From positions 64,001 through 128,000 of IMG/VR virus record IMGVR_UViG_3300031963_000020: 64,000 nucleotides of DNA. One strand, given 5' to 3'. The position numbers and the translations under genes are program-made. Positions 51,403 to 62,198 of this stretch are shown piece after piece (the first letter of the stretch is position 1; each line of letters begins with the position of its first letter). This stretch comes from a virus. The notes under the pieces were generated by a model. It was not told where the DNA came from, ran no database searches, and saw only the letters and a list, made by a program, of their open reading frames with translations.

Positions 51403-53511
51403 ATGGCAAAGATATTTAGTACTATCGCTAAAACCACAAAAACTTTATCCGAAAGATACGCGGACTCCGTTGTGAATAATGAATTTACAACATTTAAGTC
51501 ATTACGTGGTACAGTAAGTGGAGATTTAGTACCTTCACGATTATTGATTACGAATCGTCCGAAAAAGGTATACGACGATTATACAGATCCTAGATTAACA
51601 TCTATTCCGTTAGTCAAAGAGTATCAAGAAAGTCAATTGATAACAAAAGCATTGATAACTAGATCTAGACGTACTGCATTCTACGAAGCGTTCAGAAGTA
51701 CAAGTTCAAATCAAACAGCTACGAACCCAGCAAGAAATGATACTCTTGTAGAAATTAAACCGTACTCCCAGAACGGTGAAAATGAAACATACGTAATAGA
51801 CACCAGTAGAATGTTGCAAAATTCACAATCATTACCACTGGTATCCGGTCCACGTGATATTCAGAGAATGAACAGATACTTCAGAACATCAGATGGTCAA
51901 AATTTTAAGGTATTTCAACAATTACTGCAAGCAGGTAATACCTTCGGTCAGTCTCGGTCATACAACCCAGCATCAGTAGAAAATATGGTGCTGAATTACA
52001 ATAATGCAAATCTACTAAACCCACTAAATCGTGTATCACGATTGATAGAGGGAACAGCAATACGAGATAGTAGATTACAAGGTAGATTACAAAAGGAAAC
52101 TGTAATTAATGTACAAACAAAATTACCATTAAAGTTCGTTGGTGGATCACAACCATCGCAACAAAGTGGATTTACTGGAGCATTAAATAGTGCGTTTGGT
52201 GCATATGTTCAAAATAGAATTAATCAAGTTAATTTCAATATTGGTGGTCGTACATTTAATGTTGGTCAAGTAGGAAACGCATTAAACGCACTCACTACAG
52301 CACAACAAGCACTTGGTGCAGCATTCAGTATAAATGATGCAACTCTAGTAAAAGACCAAACAGCATATGATGCACTGTATTTAAATAATTTATGGCCATT
52401 AATGAAGGAAAACGATGGTACAGTTAAAAATTTTCAAGGACCACAAGGTTCACGACAAGCATATCTTGATAGAGCAAGAGCAGCAGTACAAAAAACAAAC
52501 TTTACAAGTATCAATAGCGGTCTAGGAAATGCATTAAAAGATTATCCAACTGATGACTATAGAAGTTCTGCGGACTACACAGAAACATTACGTTCTGTTA
52601 GTAGAGGGACGCCACGTGGAAGTAATCTTACAAGTGCAAGATATACAAAAGACGTATTCAATTTAATTGATGACAAACGTATAACAAAACTTTCTGATTT
52701 ACAAACTGCTGGTGATCCATCAACAGAAAAAGATTATGTTATGTTTAAAATTGCAGTACCAGGTGTACCAGAATTAGCAAATGGAATAAAGTTCAGAGCA
52801 TTTATTAGTGATTTGAATCACAACGCACGTGGTCAATACGAAGAAGTTAAGTATGTCGGCAGACCAGAAAGATTTATAACGTATAAGGGTATGAACAGAA
52901 ATGCGACATTCTCTATGTATCTTGTCGCATTTAGTGAAGCAGAATTAAATGGTATATGGGCTAGAGCAGATATGTTAAATAAGTTAGTGTTTCCTATAAA
53001 AGATGCTGGTGGATTTATGGTAGCACCACTAGTAAAACTAACAATTGGAAACGTATTTGTAGACCAACCAGGATATGTAGAAAACGTTGATATGAAGTTG
53101 ACCGACATTCCATGGGATATTGACCAAGAACTTCCTATGGCAATCCAGTTGACTATGGCATTCAACGTAATAGAAAATTCATTTATTACACAACAAGCTA
53201 ACAGTGCAGAACTATTCAACTACGCTGCATTGAACGCATTACAACGTGCAAATCCACAAAACGGAACGGGTGTACAATCGGCACAACAAGCTGGTGGTGC
53301 GGTAGCACAAGCAACGCAGCCAGCAGGAGTGGGTACAGGAATATCACAAGTAGACACTACTAGTAGAATACGAGCAGATGAAATAAGATACAACCCCAAC
53401 TATTCTGAGCAAGTGACATCTACAAATCCATTATTGGAATACCAACAAAGAATTCAAAGACAATTACGAGTACCACGCATTGGTTCGACAACCTCAACAG
53501 CTGGACGATAA
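51403..53511 (+). CDS. Baseplate/tail-tube initiator-like protein
   Basis: Synteny after tape measure; tube-like C-terminal domain FRAFIS...YVGRPE..ITYKG..R. Confidence 0.55.
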   Translation: MAKIFSTIAKTTKTLSERYADSVVNNEFTTFKSLRGTVSGDLVPSRLLITNRPKKVYDDYTDPRLTSIPLVKEYQESQLITKALITRSRRTAFYEAFRSTSSNQTATNPARNDTLVEIKPYSQNGENETYVIDTSRMLQNSQSLPLVSGPRDIQRMNRYFRTSDGQNFKVFQQLLQAGNTFGQSRSYNPASVENMVLNYNNANLLNPLNRVSRLIEGTAIRDSRLQGRLQKETVINVQTKLPLKFVGGSQPSQQSGFTGALNSAFGAYVQNRINQVNFNIGGRTFNVGQVGNALNALTTAQQALGAAFSINDATLVKDQTAYDALYLNNLWPLMKENDGTVKNFQGPQGSRQAYLDRARAAVQKTNFTSINSGLGNALKDYPTDDYRSSADYTETLRSVSRGTPRGSNLTSARYTKDVFNLIDDKRITKLSDLQTAGDPSTEKDYVMFKIAVPGVPELANGIKFRAFISDLNHNARGQYEEVKYVGRPERFITYKGMNRNATFSMYLVAFSEAELNGIWARADMLNKLVFPIKDAGGFMVAPLVKLTIGNVFVDQPGYVENVDMKLTDIPWDIDQELPMAIQLTMAFNVIENSFITQQANSAELFNYAALNALQRANPQNGTGVQSAQQAGGAVAQATQPAGVGTGISQVDTTSRIRADEIRYNPNYSEQVTSTNPLLEYQQRIQRQLRVPRIGSTTSTAGR

Positions 53512-53514
53512 CAT

Positions 53515-53787
53515 ATGATATTCAGATATCTAGAAGATTTTGAAGTATTAACAACCCGAGATGGTAGAAGATATTACCAAACTGGGATTACAAATATTAT
53601 ACCACCTGATATTTTTGAATATACGATAATCGCACAAGATGGAGATCGTCTTGACACACTAGCAGCACGTTATTACGGGGACGCTTCAAAATGGTGGATT
53701 ATCGCAAAAGCGAACAACTTAGTTAACGGTACGTTTTTCTTAAAGGGTGGAACACAATTAGTTATACCATCAGCAGGTCTACAATAA
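53515..53787 (+). CDS. LysM/Tail-X-like baseplate protein
   Basis: DGDRLDTLAARYYGDASKWWIIAKAN...LVIP. Confidence 0.8.
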   Translation: MIFRYLEDFEVLTTRDGRRYYQTGITNIIPPDIFEYTIIAQDGDRLDTLAARYYGDASKWWIIAKANNLVNGTFFLKGGTQLVIPSAGLQ

Positions 53788-53790
53788 TCT

Positions 53791-56346
53791 ATGGCACTAA
53801 ACCCAGTAGAAACATTAAATGTATTTGACAAAGACTTACGAACAGAATTAAGAAATCGTTCGTTTAGTAAAAATTTGGTGCGTATTAGAACACCATTTTT
53901 ACGGTTCACCACTGCTACCGATATGTCAAACATTGATAATGCTGGGTCATTGGGACCAACATTTGGTGCATATAAGGATTGTAGATTTTTTACTTTAGGA
54001 TTGCATGGATGGGATAATAAAAATTATTCTGCAGCAGATTTATATGGCACACAATCTGACAAAGGATTGATTATCGGTACAACATATAAACAGTCTGATA
54101 CTGGTGGTGAACAACGATTGATGTATACCCAAACCACCAAAGACACAGCAGCACAAAATTTTCCACCACCAGGTATAACAAGTGCGACTGTAGAACGTTT
54201 GCGCAATGGAAACGTATTAAAATTTACTCTTGAAATTCAATGTTATACCCAAGAGCAGTTGGAAATTTTAGACGCTGTGTGTTTTATTCCCGGAATGACT
54301 TCTATATTGGAATGGGGAACTATACATTCTACTACAGATACAGTAGAAGAACTAACTACTCTGGATTTCAAAAGAACCGGAGTAGAAACCGATATAAGGT
54401 TAGCGATTGCCGATTCAAGACAAAGCTTTATAGACAAGTGGTGTAAACCAAATAAGTTTAATTATGATTTTGCCGTAGCAAATATTGCAAATGTAAAAAC
54501 AAGTTTACAAAATGATGTCTACAAAATCACCGTGGTAGCATACGGTAGAGCAGATAATTTATTGTACATCTCTGCGTATTCAACATCAAATCCACTTGAC
54601 CCAAATCAAGTTAACGCCGATCAAGCGGTAGTCAAGTCTGTATCAGAATATTTTAGAATAAATGGTCCGTTCTCTACATACTTGAAAGACAACGTTAATA
54701 ATACGGCTGGAAACATAATACGATTTTATGACCCCATAGACAGAGCAGCACAACCAGGAACAGATGTTCCATCGTCTGCTGATTCTGGGACTACTAACGA
54801 TTTGGGATTGGAAGATTCGTATTTTATAAGTTTTGGACACTTTGTAGACGAAATTTTGAATAGACAGGTTGTGTCTATTATTAACTCTGCTACAAATGGT
54901 GAAGCACAACTATCTAATTTGGTATCTCCACTAATTGATGGAACTGATGTTATCGTTGTTGGATTTAATGAATATCTACGGTCAACAAATCCAGAAACAA
55001 TGATTATCTTCAACGAAGCTGCTATAGCTAAAGCAAATAGAAGAACTACAAATGAAGCACAGCAATCTGGACTTATCAATCAATTACAAAGAAGTGATGG
55101 TAATGGTTCGTGGAGTTATAATAACAGAACTCTTGTTGGAGATACAAGTTTACTTGGAGCAGGTGGTGCAGCTGGTAATGCAGAACGTGAGGGAACTTAT
55201 AGCGCGTTACAAAGTAGAAAATTTGGATCAAACGTAATTACGGAAAGTGGTATAACTTCACTAGCGACGGGTGTATGGTTGAATAGTAAAGGAATACAAT
55301 CAGTGTTTTTGAACGCAAGAACTATTATGGAAGGACTAGAAGCACTCCTTCGTAATATCAACGCAGCAACAGAAAATTACTGGGATTTGAAGTTATTTTA
55401 TGATGACGACAGACAACAATTTCGTATCTTGGATGATAACGCAAGAACAATAGCTATTAATTCAGAAGATAAAATCTATGAGTTCAATAAAAAATTATTA
55501 AGCACAGATGTAGTAAATGACAAAGGACAACCAGACATTTTGGGTCCTGATGTGTTGGATATACAGGTAAGTACCGATTATCCAAAAATGTTGTTCTCGC
55601 AATTAGCGGTGTCGGGAATCAACGGTGGTAATTTAATAACTGCTCCTGAACGTAGAGATGCAGACTTTGTAAACAATAAAGGACTCACCGATATATTTGC
55701 TAGAACGAATAAACCACAATCTGGTGTCGAAACTAGCACACCACCAGCATATCCTCCTGGGGGATTGAGTACAACAGATATAGCGAAAACTTTATCTGGT
55801 CAATTATTAGGAGATGCGAGTGGAACAGAAAATATATCTGGCTTACTTGCACCATTTAGTGTTGCTGGAGCACAGGGTGTACCACCACAAGTTGCACAAT
55901 TTATTACAACAATATTCAATAATAGACAATTTTTAACAGTACAGCAAGCTAGAGCTTATCGTTCTACATTTGAACGATTTAGAAGAGATTCTTTAATAAC
56001 CGAGGCACAAGCAGCAGCTATAACCGCACTATTCGCTTACAGAACAAAAGCATTGATTGAACGTGAAAAAAATAGAGAAAAAGCTGAGTGGGGTTCAAGT
56101 TTTTATGCATGGAATCGTGATTATGCAGATGCAAGAATAGCTGCTCGTGCACGTATTATAGTAGAAAATAAAATTGAAGAATCAAAACAATATTTTAGAA
56201 ATAAAATTGATGCTATAACCAAAACACAAAGAGAAGCGGTTGCGGCAGCTCAACAACAAATAGATGCGCAAAAACCACAACCAGAAATAGTAGGAGTACC
56301 AGGAAGAACAGGTCCAGGTGCCATAGCTGCACGAGGGGGACTGTAA
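53791..56346 (+). CDS. Baseplate hub protein, N-terminal part
   Basis: Synteny; PPPGITS...IQCYTQEQLE...PGMTSILEWG. Confidence 0.55.
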   Translation: MALNPVETLNVFDKDLRTELRNRSFSKNLVRIRTPFLRFTTATDMSNIDNAGSLGPTFGAYKDCRFFTLGLHGWDNKNYSAADLYGTQSDKGLIIGTTYKQSDTGGEQRLMYTQTTKDTAAQNFPPPGITSATVERLRNGNVLKFTLEIQCYTQEQLEILDAVCFIPGMTSILEWGTIHSTTDTVEELTTLDFKRTGVETDIRLAIADSRQSFIDKWCKPNKFNYDFAVANIANVKTSLQNDVYKITVVAYGRADNLLYISAYSTSNPLDPNQVNADQAVVKSVSEYFRINGPFSTYLKDNVNNTAGNIIRFYDPIDRAAQPGTDVPSSADSGTTNDLGLEDSYFISFGHFVDEILNRQVVSIINSATNGEAQLSNLVSPLIDGTDVIVVGFNEYLRSTNPETMIIFNEAAIAKANRRTTNEAQQSGLINQLQRSDGNGSWSYNNRTLVGDTSLLGAGGAAGNAEREGTYSALQSRKFGSNVITESGITSLATGVWLNSKGIQSVFLNARTIMEGLEALLRNINAATENYWDLKLFYDDDRQQFRILDDNARTIAINSEDKIYEFNKKLLSTDVVNDKGQPDILGPDVLDIQVSTDYPKMLFSQLAVSGINGGNLITAPERRDADFVNNKGLTDIFARTNKPQSGVETSTPPAYPPGGLSTTDIAKTLSGQLLGDASGTENISGLLAPFSVAGAQGVPPQVAQFITTIFNNRQFLTVQQARAYRSTFERFRRDSLITEAQAAAITALFAYRTKALIEREKNREKAEWGSSFYAWNRDYADARIAARARIIVENKIEESKQYFRNKIDAITKTQREAVAAAQQQIDAQKPQPEIVGVPGRTGPGAIAARGGL

Positions 56347-56347
56347 T

Positions 56348-57565
56348 ATGGCAGATGCAGACAAGAAAATAGTAAAAGTACTTAAGGTAGGCGTTGGATA
56401 TAACATCGTGCAGTACGATGATAACACAACTGCACGGCGTACAGGTACGTTTGCCGCAAGAAATAATAATCCTGGTAATTTAGAAAATGGGTCTTTTGCT
56501 AGAAGTATGGGGGCATTAGATTTAAGTCAAGCCGAAATAGATAGAACTGGACAACAACCCCCACCAGGTGGAAATCCACCTGAACGATTTGCTATTTTTC
56601 CTACTTATGCGATGGGTCGTGAAGCAAAAAGAAAATTGCTATTTGAAGGGTCAAGATATAAAGATAAGACCATTAGTGTTGCATTGAGCACATACGCACC
56701 ACCCAGTGAAAATAATACACAAAATTACATTAATACAGTAGTAAGAGCTTTAAACCCAGCAACACCAGCAATTACCCAAGATACACTAATGAATACGTTG
56801 ACCGAACAACAACGTATAAGATTTATTGATGCCGTGGAAGCGGTTGAAGGTGGTAGACGAGGACCAACGGGGTCAACACCAACAGCATATACACCTGGAG
56901 CTAGTACACCGTTTAATCCAGATGCAGCTATAGATTCATATATGCTAAAAACATATACACAACCATTGAAACAAGAATTTTCAAGAGACACCGATGTTGT
57001 AAAATTAGCAGACGATGTACGGGGTGGTAATACATTTGTTAGTTTTGATAAAAAACCATATAGAGATTGGTTAAAAAATACAAACAAACTATATAGCGAT
57101 TCACAGTTAGATGGAGAATTGGCTCTTCTTAATCTTGCGGCGGAAGCAAATCTGTCTCTTCAAGCGGAAGCAAAGTCTAATTTAGCAAAGGTAGATAATT
57201 TAATACCAGCAGAAGCAGCATTTTTAATACAACGAAACTTGTTTGAATTACAACCAGACCTTATGAGACAACAAATGTCTGCAAACGCTGGGTCTGGAAA
57301 TAGAGAGGTAGATTATTCACACGCGTGGAGAGCACCAGGTAAATTGGCAATCACAGCCGATATTACGATACCTGGTGCATCTGGGTTCCGTATTGGACAA
57401 ATATTCTGGGTTGGTAGAACATATGAGCATTACAAAAAGTTTGGTGCATTCCAACTATTCGGACTAACAGAAAATATTACTATTGGAAGAGGATGGAACA
57501 CAACAATTCATTCTAGGTTCAATGCGATGCCAACAGGTAAAGTTAAAAATTTAAAATCGGAATAA
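56348..57565 (+). CDS. Lysozyme-like domain fused to hub C-terminal segment
   Basis: RNNNPGNL...FAIFPT...G...YAPPSENNT; C-terminal ADITIPGASGFRIGQIF...WNTTI. Confidence 0.6.
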   Translation: MADADKKIVKVLKVGVGYNIVQYDDNTTARRTGTFAARNNNPGNLENGSFARSMGALDLSQAEIDRTGQQPPPGGNPPERFAIFPTYAMGREAKRKLLFEGSRYKDKTISVALSTYAPPSENNTQNYINTVVRALNPATPAITQDTLMNTLTEQQRIRFIDAVEAVEGGRRGPTGSTPTAYTPGASTPFNPDAAIDSYMLKTYTQPLKQEFSRDTDVVKLADDVRGGNTFVSFDKKPYRDWLKNTNKLYSDSQLDGELALLNLAAEANLSLQAEAKSNLAKVDNLIPAEAAFLIQRNLFELQPDLMRQQMSANAGSGNREVDYSHAWRAPGKLAITADITIPGASGFRIGQIFWVGRTYEHYKKFGAFQLFGLTENITIGRGWNTTIHSRFNAMPTGKVKNLKSE

Positions 57566-57568
57566 TAC

Positions 57569-57985
57569 ATGTTAACAAATATACCTCGTCCACTATTTGA
57601 GATTTTGGGAGATACAAATACCAAAAATAAATTGTCTTTGACAATTACAAATGTCTCACCAAGTATTACTGATGAAGATATACGAAGAAAAGTGAAGTCT
57701 CGTTATTTTGCGAAATATACATCGCAAAGATATGGTACCGTGTTTGAAATAACTGGTGGTATGTATTCCAATATACTTAATAACCCATTATTTAGAAAAA
57801 CTAAAATAGATTGGATAATATGCGGTAAACTTGAAGATACCATCTTGACATTACCAAGTGGTGATAATATATTAATCAAGGGAGTGATTAGCCAAAACAA
57901 GGCACTACTTGGACTAGCAGAAGAAGAACTTCCAGGTATTACTAATCATTTACGAAACTATATGGAATTCTATTCGGGGGAATAA
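57569..57985 (+). CDS. Hypothetical protein
   Basis: ORF coupled to neighbours. Confidence 0.6.
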   Translation: MLTNIPRPLFEILGDTNTKNKLSLTITNVSPSITDEDIRRKVKSRYFAKYTSQRYGTVFEITGGMYSNILNNPLFRKTKIDWIICGKLEDTILTLPSGDNILIKGVISQNKALLGLAEEELPGITNHLRNYMEFYSGE

Positions 57986-59307
57986 TGGTTGTACAATCGG
58001 TTCTGGACTTACAAAAACTACAGAAGCGAATAGATACCGAGGTGTCGTATATGGCACCTATCCTCGTTGACCAGCACTCGCATCCTGCGGTCAATCAAGT
58101 GTCCTCTTTACATATTGCGTTTAACGACGGGGAATACTTCTGCGTTCCCTTTAATCATCCCGATGGTATCCCTCTATCGGTCGAACTTAAAGACGCATTT
58201 AAGATTGTTACCCTATACAAACGAGAAATCCTTCATGCGTTCCCAAGTGTTCCACACGAACGGGTGCATGATGTTGCGACTATTCTCCACTTATCCAGTA
58301 ATAGTATTCCAGAAATTCGTGAATACTATACTCCGAATATCCAACGAACATTACAGCAGTTTCAGTTTAAGAACCTGCATCTCAGTATCCCGTTGACGAT
58401 GTGGATGGAATATGGACACAACCTACTTCGTTTCATCCACGAATCATACAAGAAGCATACAACACCAGATGGGTATGAGTTTGTCAATAATACAATCATT
58501 CCAACGTTGACCACGATTGAGAAGTCGGGGCTATGTATTGACCAGAATATCTTGACAGAACACTTTGGGTCAGACATAAAAAAATATATAACTAATAATA
58601 CAATATATTCAGAATATAATCCATATACTGCTACAGGTCGTCCAAGCAACAAGTATGGTGGTATCAATTTTGCTGCACTAAATAAATCGGATGGAACTCG
58701 TGGAGCATTTACCAGTAGATATGGGGACGATGGACTTCTCATCCAGTTTGACTACGAAGCGTTCCACTTACGTCTGGTTGGGGCACAAATGGGATATGAC
58801 CTTCCAAATAGTTCTGTCCATACCTTTCTCGCTCAGCAGTATTATGGTAAAGAGGAGGTCAATCCTGAGGAATATGAGGCGTCAAAAGCAAGAACATTTG
58901 CATTGATGTATGGAATGACCGAAGAGTTCGGTAATGTTGATTTCTTCCATAAGGTTAGAAAGTATAGTGAACTGATATGGGAAATCTATAGAAGCTCTGG
59001 ATATGTAAAGACCAAAACGGGTAAGAAACTGGTGGTCGAAGAACCATCGCAGAATAAAGTGTTTAACTATTCTGTACAATGGTTGGAAACAGAATCAGCA
59101 CTCACTAATGTCGCAAAGGTGTGTGAGTTATTAAAGGGACGATTGACGAAACCTATTCTCTACACTTATGACGCATTACTCTTAGATTTACACAGGTCGG
59201 AAGCAGCAATGCTCCCAGCAATCAAGAGTTTGTTAGAGGGAGAAATGTATCCAACTAGAATGTATAAGGGTAAAAATTACAATGAACTTTTGAAGGTAGA
59301 AATATAA
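57985..59307 (+). CDS. Compact family A DNA polymerase-like protein
   Basis: TATGRPS, motif A DYEAFHLRL, motif B KARTFALMYG, FNYSVQ, motif C YTYDALL. Confidence 0.75.
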   Translation: MVVQSVLDLQKLQKRIDTEVSYMAPILVDQHSHPAVNQVSSLHIAFNDGEYFCVPFNHPDGIPLSVELKDAFKIVTLYKREILHAFPSVPHERVHDVATILHLSSNSIPEIREYYTPNIQRTLQQFQFKNLHLSIPLTMWMEYGHNLLRFIHESYKKHTTPDGYEFVNNTIIPTLTTIEKSGLCIDQNILTEHFGSDIKKYITNNTIYSEYNPYTATGRPSNKYGGINFAALNKSDGTRGAFTSRYGDDGLLIQFDYEAFHLRLVGAQMGYDLPNSSVHTFLAQQYYGKEEVNPEEYEASKARTFALMYGMTEEFGNVDFFHKVRKYSELIWEIYRSSGYVKTKTGKKLVVEEPSQNKVFNYSVQWLETESALTNVAKVCELLKGRLTKPILYTYDALLLDLHRSEAAMLPAIKSLLEGEMYPTRMYKGKNYNELLKVEI

Positions 59308-59379
59308 GGTTTGACCTTACATAATAATATTTATTAGGAGTAAAAAAGCAGGAAGTTTTACCCTAATGAGTTTATTATT

Positions 59380-59787
59380 ATGAAACCAGAAACACAGTTA
59401 CTTTGTACTTTCTGTGCAAAAAAGGATATTGAATCCACCATAGAACAAATCAAGAAAATCTACACACTCGCATTTAATTCGGTTTATGTGTTGGATAATG
59501 TGAATGATGAGAATCAAGCAATCTTGACGTATAATATCGATTTATCGAAACCAGTTCTTGGTGAAGCACCAGAATCTACAATTTCAGTACATAGAAAGAA
59601 GCAAACAAACACTATCTACACAATCAATGCTATTAATAAGTTGATTGAAGAAAAGAATGGTGGTGTATTAGATAAGACCTATAAGATTGATTGGACTGAA
59701 TTACAAAATACTGTTTTAGTCACCGCATACGGTCGCCTTAAAAAAGTAAATACTAAAATATCAAATATTATTAATATTCAAAACTAA
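59380..59787 (+). CDS. Conserved hypothetical protein
   Basis: TQLLCTF, HRKKQTNTIYTINAIN. Confidence 0.65.
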   Translation: MKPETQLLCTFCAKKDIESTIEQIKKIYTLAFNSVYVLDNVNDENQAILTYNIDLSKPVLGEAPESTISVHRKKQTNTIYTINAINKLIEEKNGGVLDKTYKIDWTELQNTVLVTAYGRLKKVNTKISNIINIQN

Positions 59788-59790
59788 GGC

Positions 59791-59819
59791 TTGACAAACA
59801 CAACTGACCTCATTATCAT
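59791..59819 (+). promoter_or_regulatory. Sigma70-type promoter for the ssb/recA operon
   Basis: TTGACA-17 bp-TATCAT; SD AAGGAG before ATG 59872. Confidence 0.75.
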
Positions 59820-59871
59820 ACGTGGTGAGGTGTATTAAACACTCAACTCTAAACACTAAGGAGAAAATTGT

Positions 59872-60690
59872 ATGGCACTAGATTTTAATGCCCTAAAGGC
59901 AAAGCTCAACACATTCACAAAGCAAAGTGACCGAAGTGAGTCGCTTTGGAAGCCCACCGAAGGTAAGACAACCATCCGTATTGTCCCGTGGGCAAAGAAC
60001 CGCGAGAACCCTTTCATTGAACTCTATTTCCACTATATCGGAAATAAGACTTACATCTCGCCTCTTTCATTTGGTCGCCGCGACCCTATCGCGGAATTCG
60101 CAGACAAGTTAGTTGAAGATGCACGCCGTGAAGGTCGTGAAGCGGAGAAGGCTGCCTGGAAGCAGGCTAACGCTTTCCGTCCGAAGCTTCGTACCTATGT
60201 TCCTATCATCGTTCGTGGTGAAGAGGACAAGGGTGTTCGTTTCTTCTCATTCGGTAAGACGGTCTATCAGGACCTCCTTTCCTACATCGCTGATCCTGAC
60301 TACGGTGATATTACTGATCCGAAGGTTGGTCGTGATGTTGTGGTCGAATATATCCCACAAGAGAAGTCCGACACGAACTTTGCCAAGACCTCAGTAAAGG
60401 TTAAGCCGAATCAGACCCCTGTGGTCGGTGATGTTGATGTTGCTAAGAAGCTTCTCTCGGAACAGCCCGATATCTTTGCACTCTACAAGGAACCTTCCTA
60501 TGAAGAGTTGATGGTTGTTCTCCAGAAGTATCTTGACCCAGATGGTTCGACTCCCACCCCCGCTCCTGCAAAGGGTAATTCTGAGGTCAAGAGTGTGACC
60601 GCCGAAGTCCTTGACGTTAAGACGGAGATTTCTGAGTCGGCACAAGTCAAGAACGCTCTTGATGAGTTCGATAAGCTATTCGACAATTAA
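59872..60690 (+). CDS. Single-stranded DNA-binding protein (T4 gp32-like)
   Basis: WKPTEGKTTIRIVP, FGKTVYQ, DITDP..GRD; acidic end DEFDKLFDN. Confidence 0.85.
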   Translation: MALDFNALKAKLNTFTKQSDRSESLWKPTEGKTTIRIVPWAKNRENPFIELYFHYIGNKTYISPLSFGRRDPIAEFADKLVEDARREGREAEKAAWKQANAFRPKLRTYVPIIVRGEEDKGVRFFSFGKTVYQDLLSYIADPDYGDITDPKVGRDVVVEYIPQEKSDTNFAKTSVKVKPNQTPVVGDVDVAKKLLSEQPDIFALYKEPSYEELMVVLQKYLDPDGSTPTPAPAKGNSEVKSVTAEVLDVKTEISESAQVKNALDEFDKLFDN

Positions 60691-60703
60691 TCGGTAATCA
60701 ACT

Positions 60704-61870
60704 ATGGCTACCGAAAAGAAAACTAAGAAACCAATTCCTGCGGCAGACCGTGACGAGTTGGCACAAGTCATCGCAGACTCACTTAACAAATTAAACAAAG
60801 ACTCTGACCAGATTGCATATTTCCTTGATGGTAAGGAAGATACTCCAACGGATTTCACCGATTTTATTTCGACTGGTGCAACAATGTTGGATATCGCAAT
60901 CAGTAATCGTCCCCACGGTGGTATCGCTGTGGGCCGTATCACTGAACTTACTGGATTGGAAGGTTCTGGTAAATCGTTGGTCGGTGCACAACTTATCGCT
61001 AATACACAGAAACGTGGTGGTGTGGCAGTATTGATTGATACTGAAACCGCAGTTAATCCAGAGTTCTTTAAGGCTGTAGGTATTGATATGAACAAGTTAG
61101 TATATGTTCATCTTTCTACGGTTGAAGATATCTTCGATGCAATCACCAATATCATTGAAAAGGTCAGAGCTGGCAAGGACAAAGATAAGTTGGTCACGAT
61201 TATCGTTGACTCCGTTGCCGCAGCTTCTACTAAGAAGGAAATGGAAGCCGACTTCGGTAAGGACGGATACGCTACTGACAAGGCAATCATTATCAGTAAG
61301 GCAATGCGAAAGATTACCGGCCTCCTCGGTCGTGAACGTATCGCATTAGTATTCACCAACCAACTCCGTCAGAAGATGAACGCTCCTGCGTTCTCTGACC
61401 CGTGGACTACCTCCGGTGGTAAGGCTATCGCATTCCACGCATCAACTCGTATTCGTTTGTCCTTAATTGGTAAAATCCAAGACGGAAACAAGAATGTTGT
61501 TGGTGTGAATGTCAAGGCGGTTGTGGTTAAGAATCGTCTTGGTCCTCCACATCGTGTGGCAGAATTCGACATCTACTTTGACCGTGGTATTGATGATTAT
61601 GGTAGTTGGTTGGATGTCTTGAAGGAAAACAACTTGGTCAAGCAATCTGGTGCATGGTATACTATGATTGATGAAACTACTGGTGAAGAAGTTAAGTTCC
61701 AATCAAAGGACTTCCCGAAGTTCTTAGACTCGAACATCACCCGTAAGGAAGAAATCTATAGTAAGATTTGTGATACACTCATTATGAAGTATCGTAGTGA
61801 GTATAATCCAGACGCTATGACACTTGATACTGGTGAAGAAGATAGTAAACAACTTTTACTGGACGAATAA
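60704..61870 (+). CDS. recA: RecA/UvsX recombinase
   Basis: GRITELTGLEGSGKS, IDTE, IVDSVAA, FTNQLR, SGGKAIAFHAS, KNR. Confidence 0.93.
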   Translation: MATEKKTKKPIPAADRDELAQVIADSLNKLNKDSDQIAYFLDGKEDTPTDFTDFISTGATMLDIAISNRPHGGIAVGRITELTGLEGSGKSLVGAQLIANTQKRGGVAVLIDTETAVNPEFFKAVGIDMNKLVYVHLSTVEDIFDAITNIIEKVRAGKDKDKLVTIIVDSVAAASTKKEMEADFGKDGYATDKAIIISKAMRKITGLLGRERIALVFTNQLRQKMNAPAFSDPWTTSGGKAIAFHASTRIRLSLIGKIQDGNKNVVGVNVKAVVVKNRLGPPHRVAEFDIYFDRGIDDYGSWLDVLKENNLVKQSGAWYTMIDETTGEEVKFQSKDFPKFLDSNITRKEEIYSKICDTLIMKYRSEYNPDAMTLDTGEEDSKQLLLDE

Positions 61871-61871
61871 T

Positions 61872-62198
61872 ATGTTAGAAGAATTCATTGAGGTTGCATT
61901 AGAAGCATTTACTAATGCAAACGGAAATGTTGATAAGTTTGAACTACAACTTCGTAGAAAATTGATGGTATATAACACTACTGTCGCAACACAGCAATCT
62001 GTTGTGAATACTACAATTCCTCCAATTCCACTAAATCAAGTTGAAAAAGCTATAACTAACATAAGTGAAAATGATCCTATTTTTGCCGAACTTGAAAACA
62101 TAGATGTTAATACTATGACTGATGAAGATGTATTAGCATTGGCTCGTCGTATGGGAATAATGGAAAACGTAGCTGAGCAATCAGAAGAAAATGAGTGA
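61872..62198 (+). CDS. Hypothetical protein (start moved to ATG 61872)
   Basis: ORF coupled to neighbours. Confidence 0.6.
   Translation: MLEEFIEVALEAFTNANGNVDKFELQLRRKLMVYNTTVATQQSVVNTTIPPIPLNQVEKAITNISENDPIFAELENIDVNTMTDEDVLALARRMGIMENVAEQSEENE

Noticed and set aside
59872-61870. Higher GC and C-ending codons in ssb/recA as a sign of recent horizontal transfer
   Set aside because: The genes sit in normal replication-module synteny; expression-linked codon bias is a simpler explanation.
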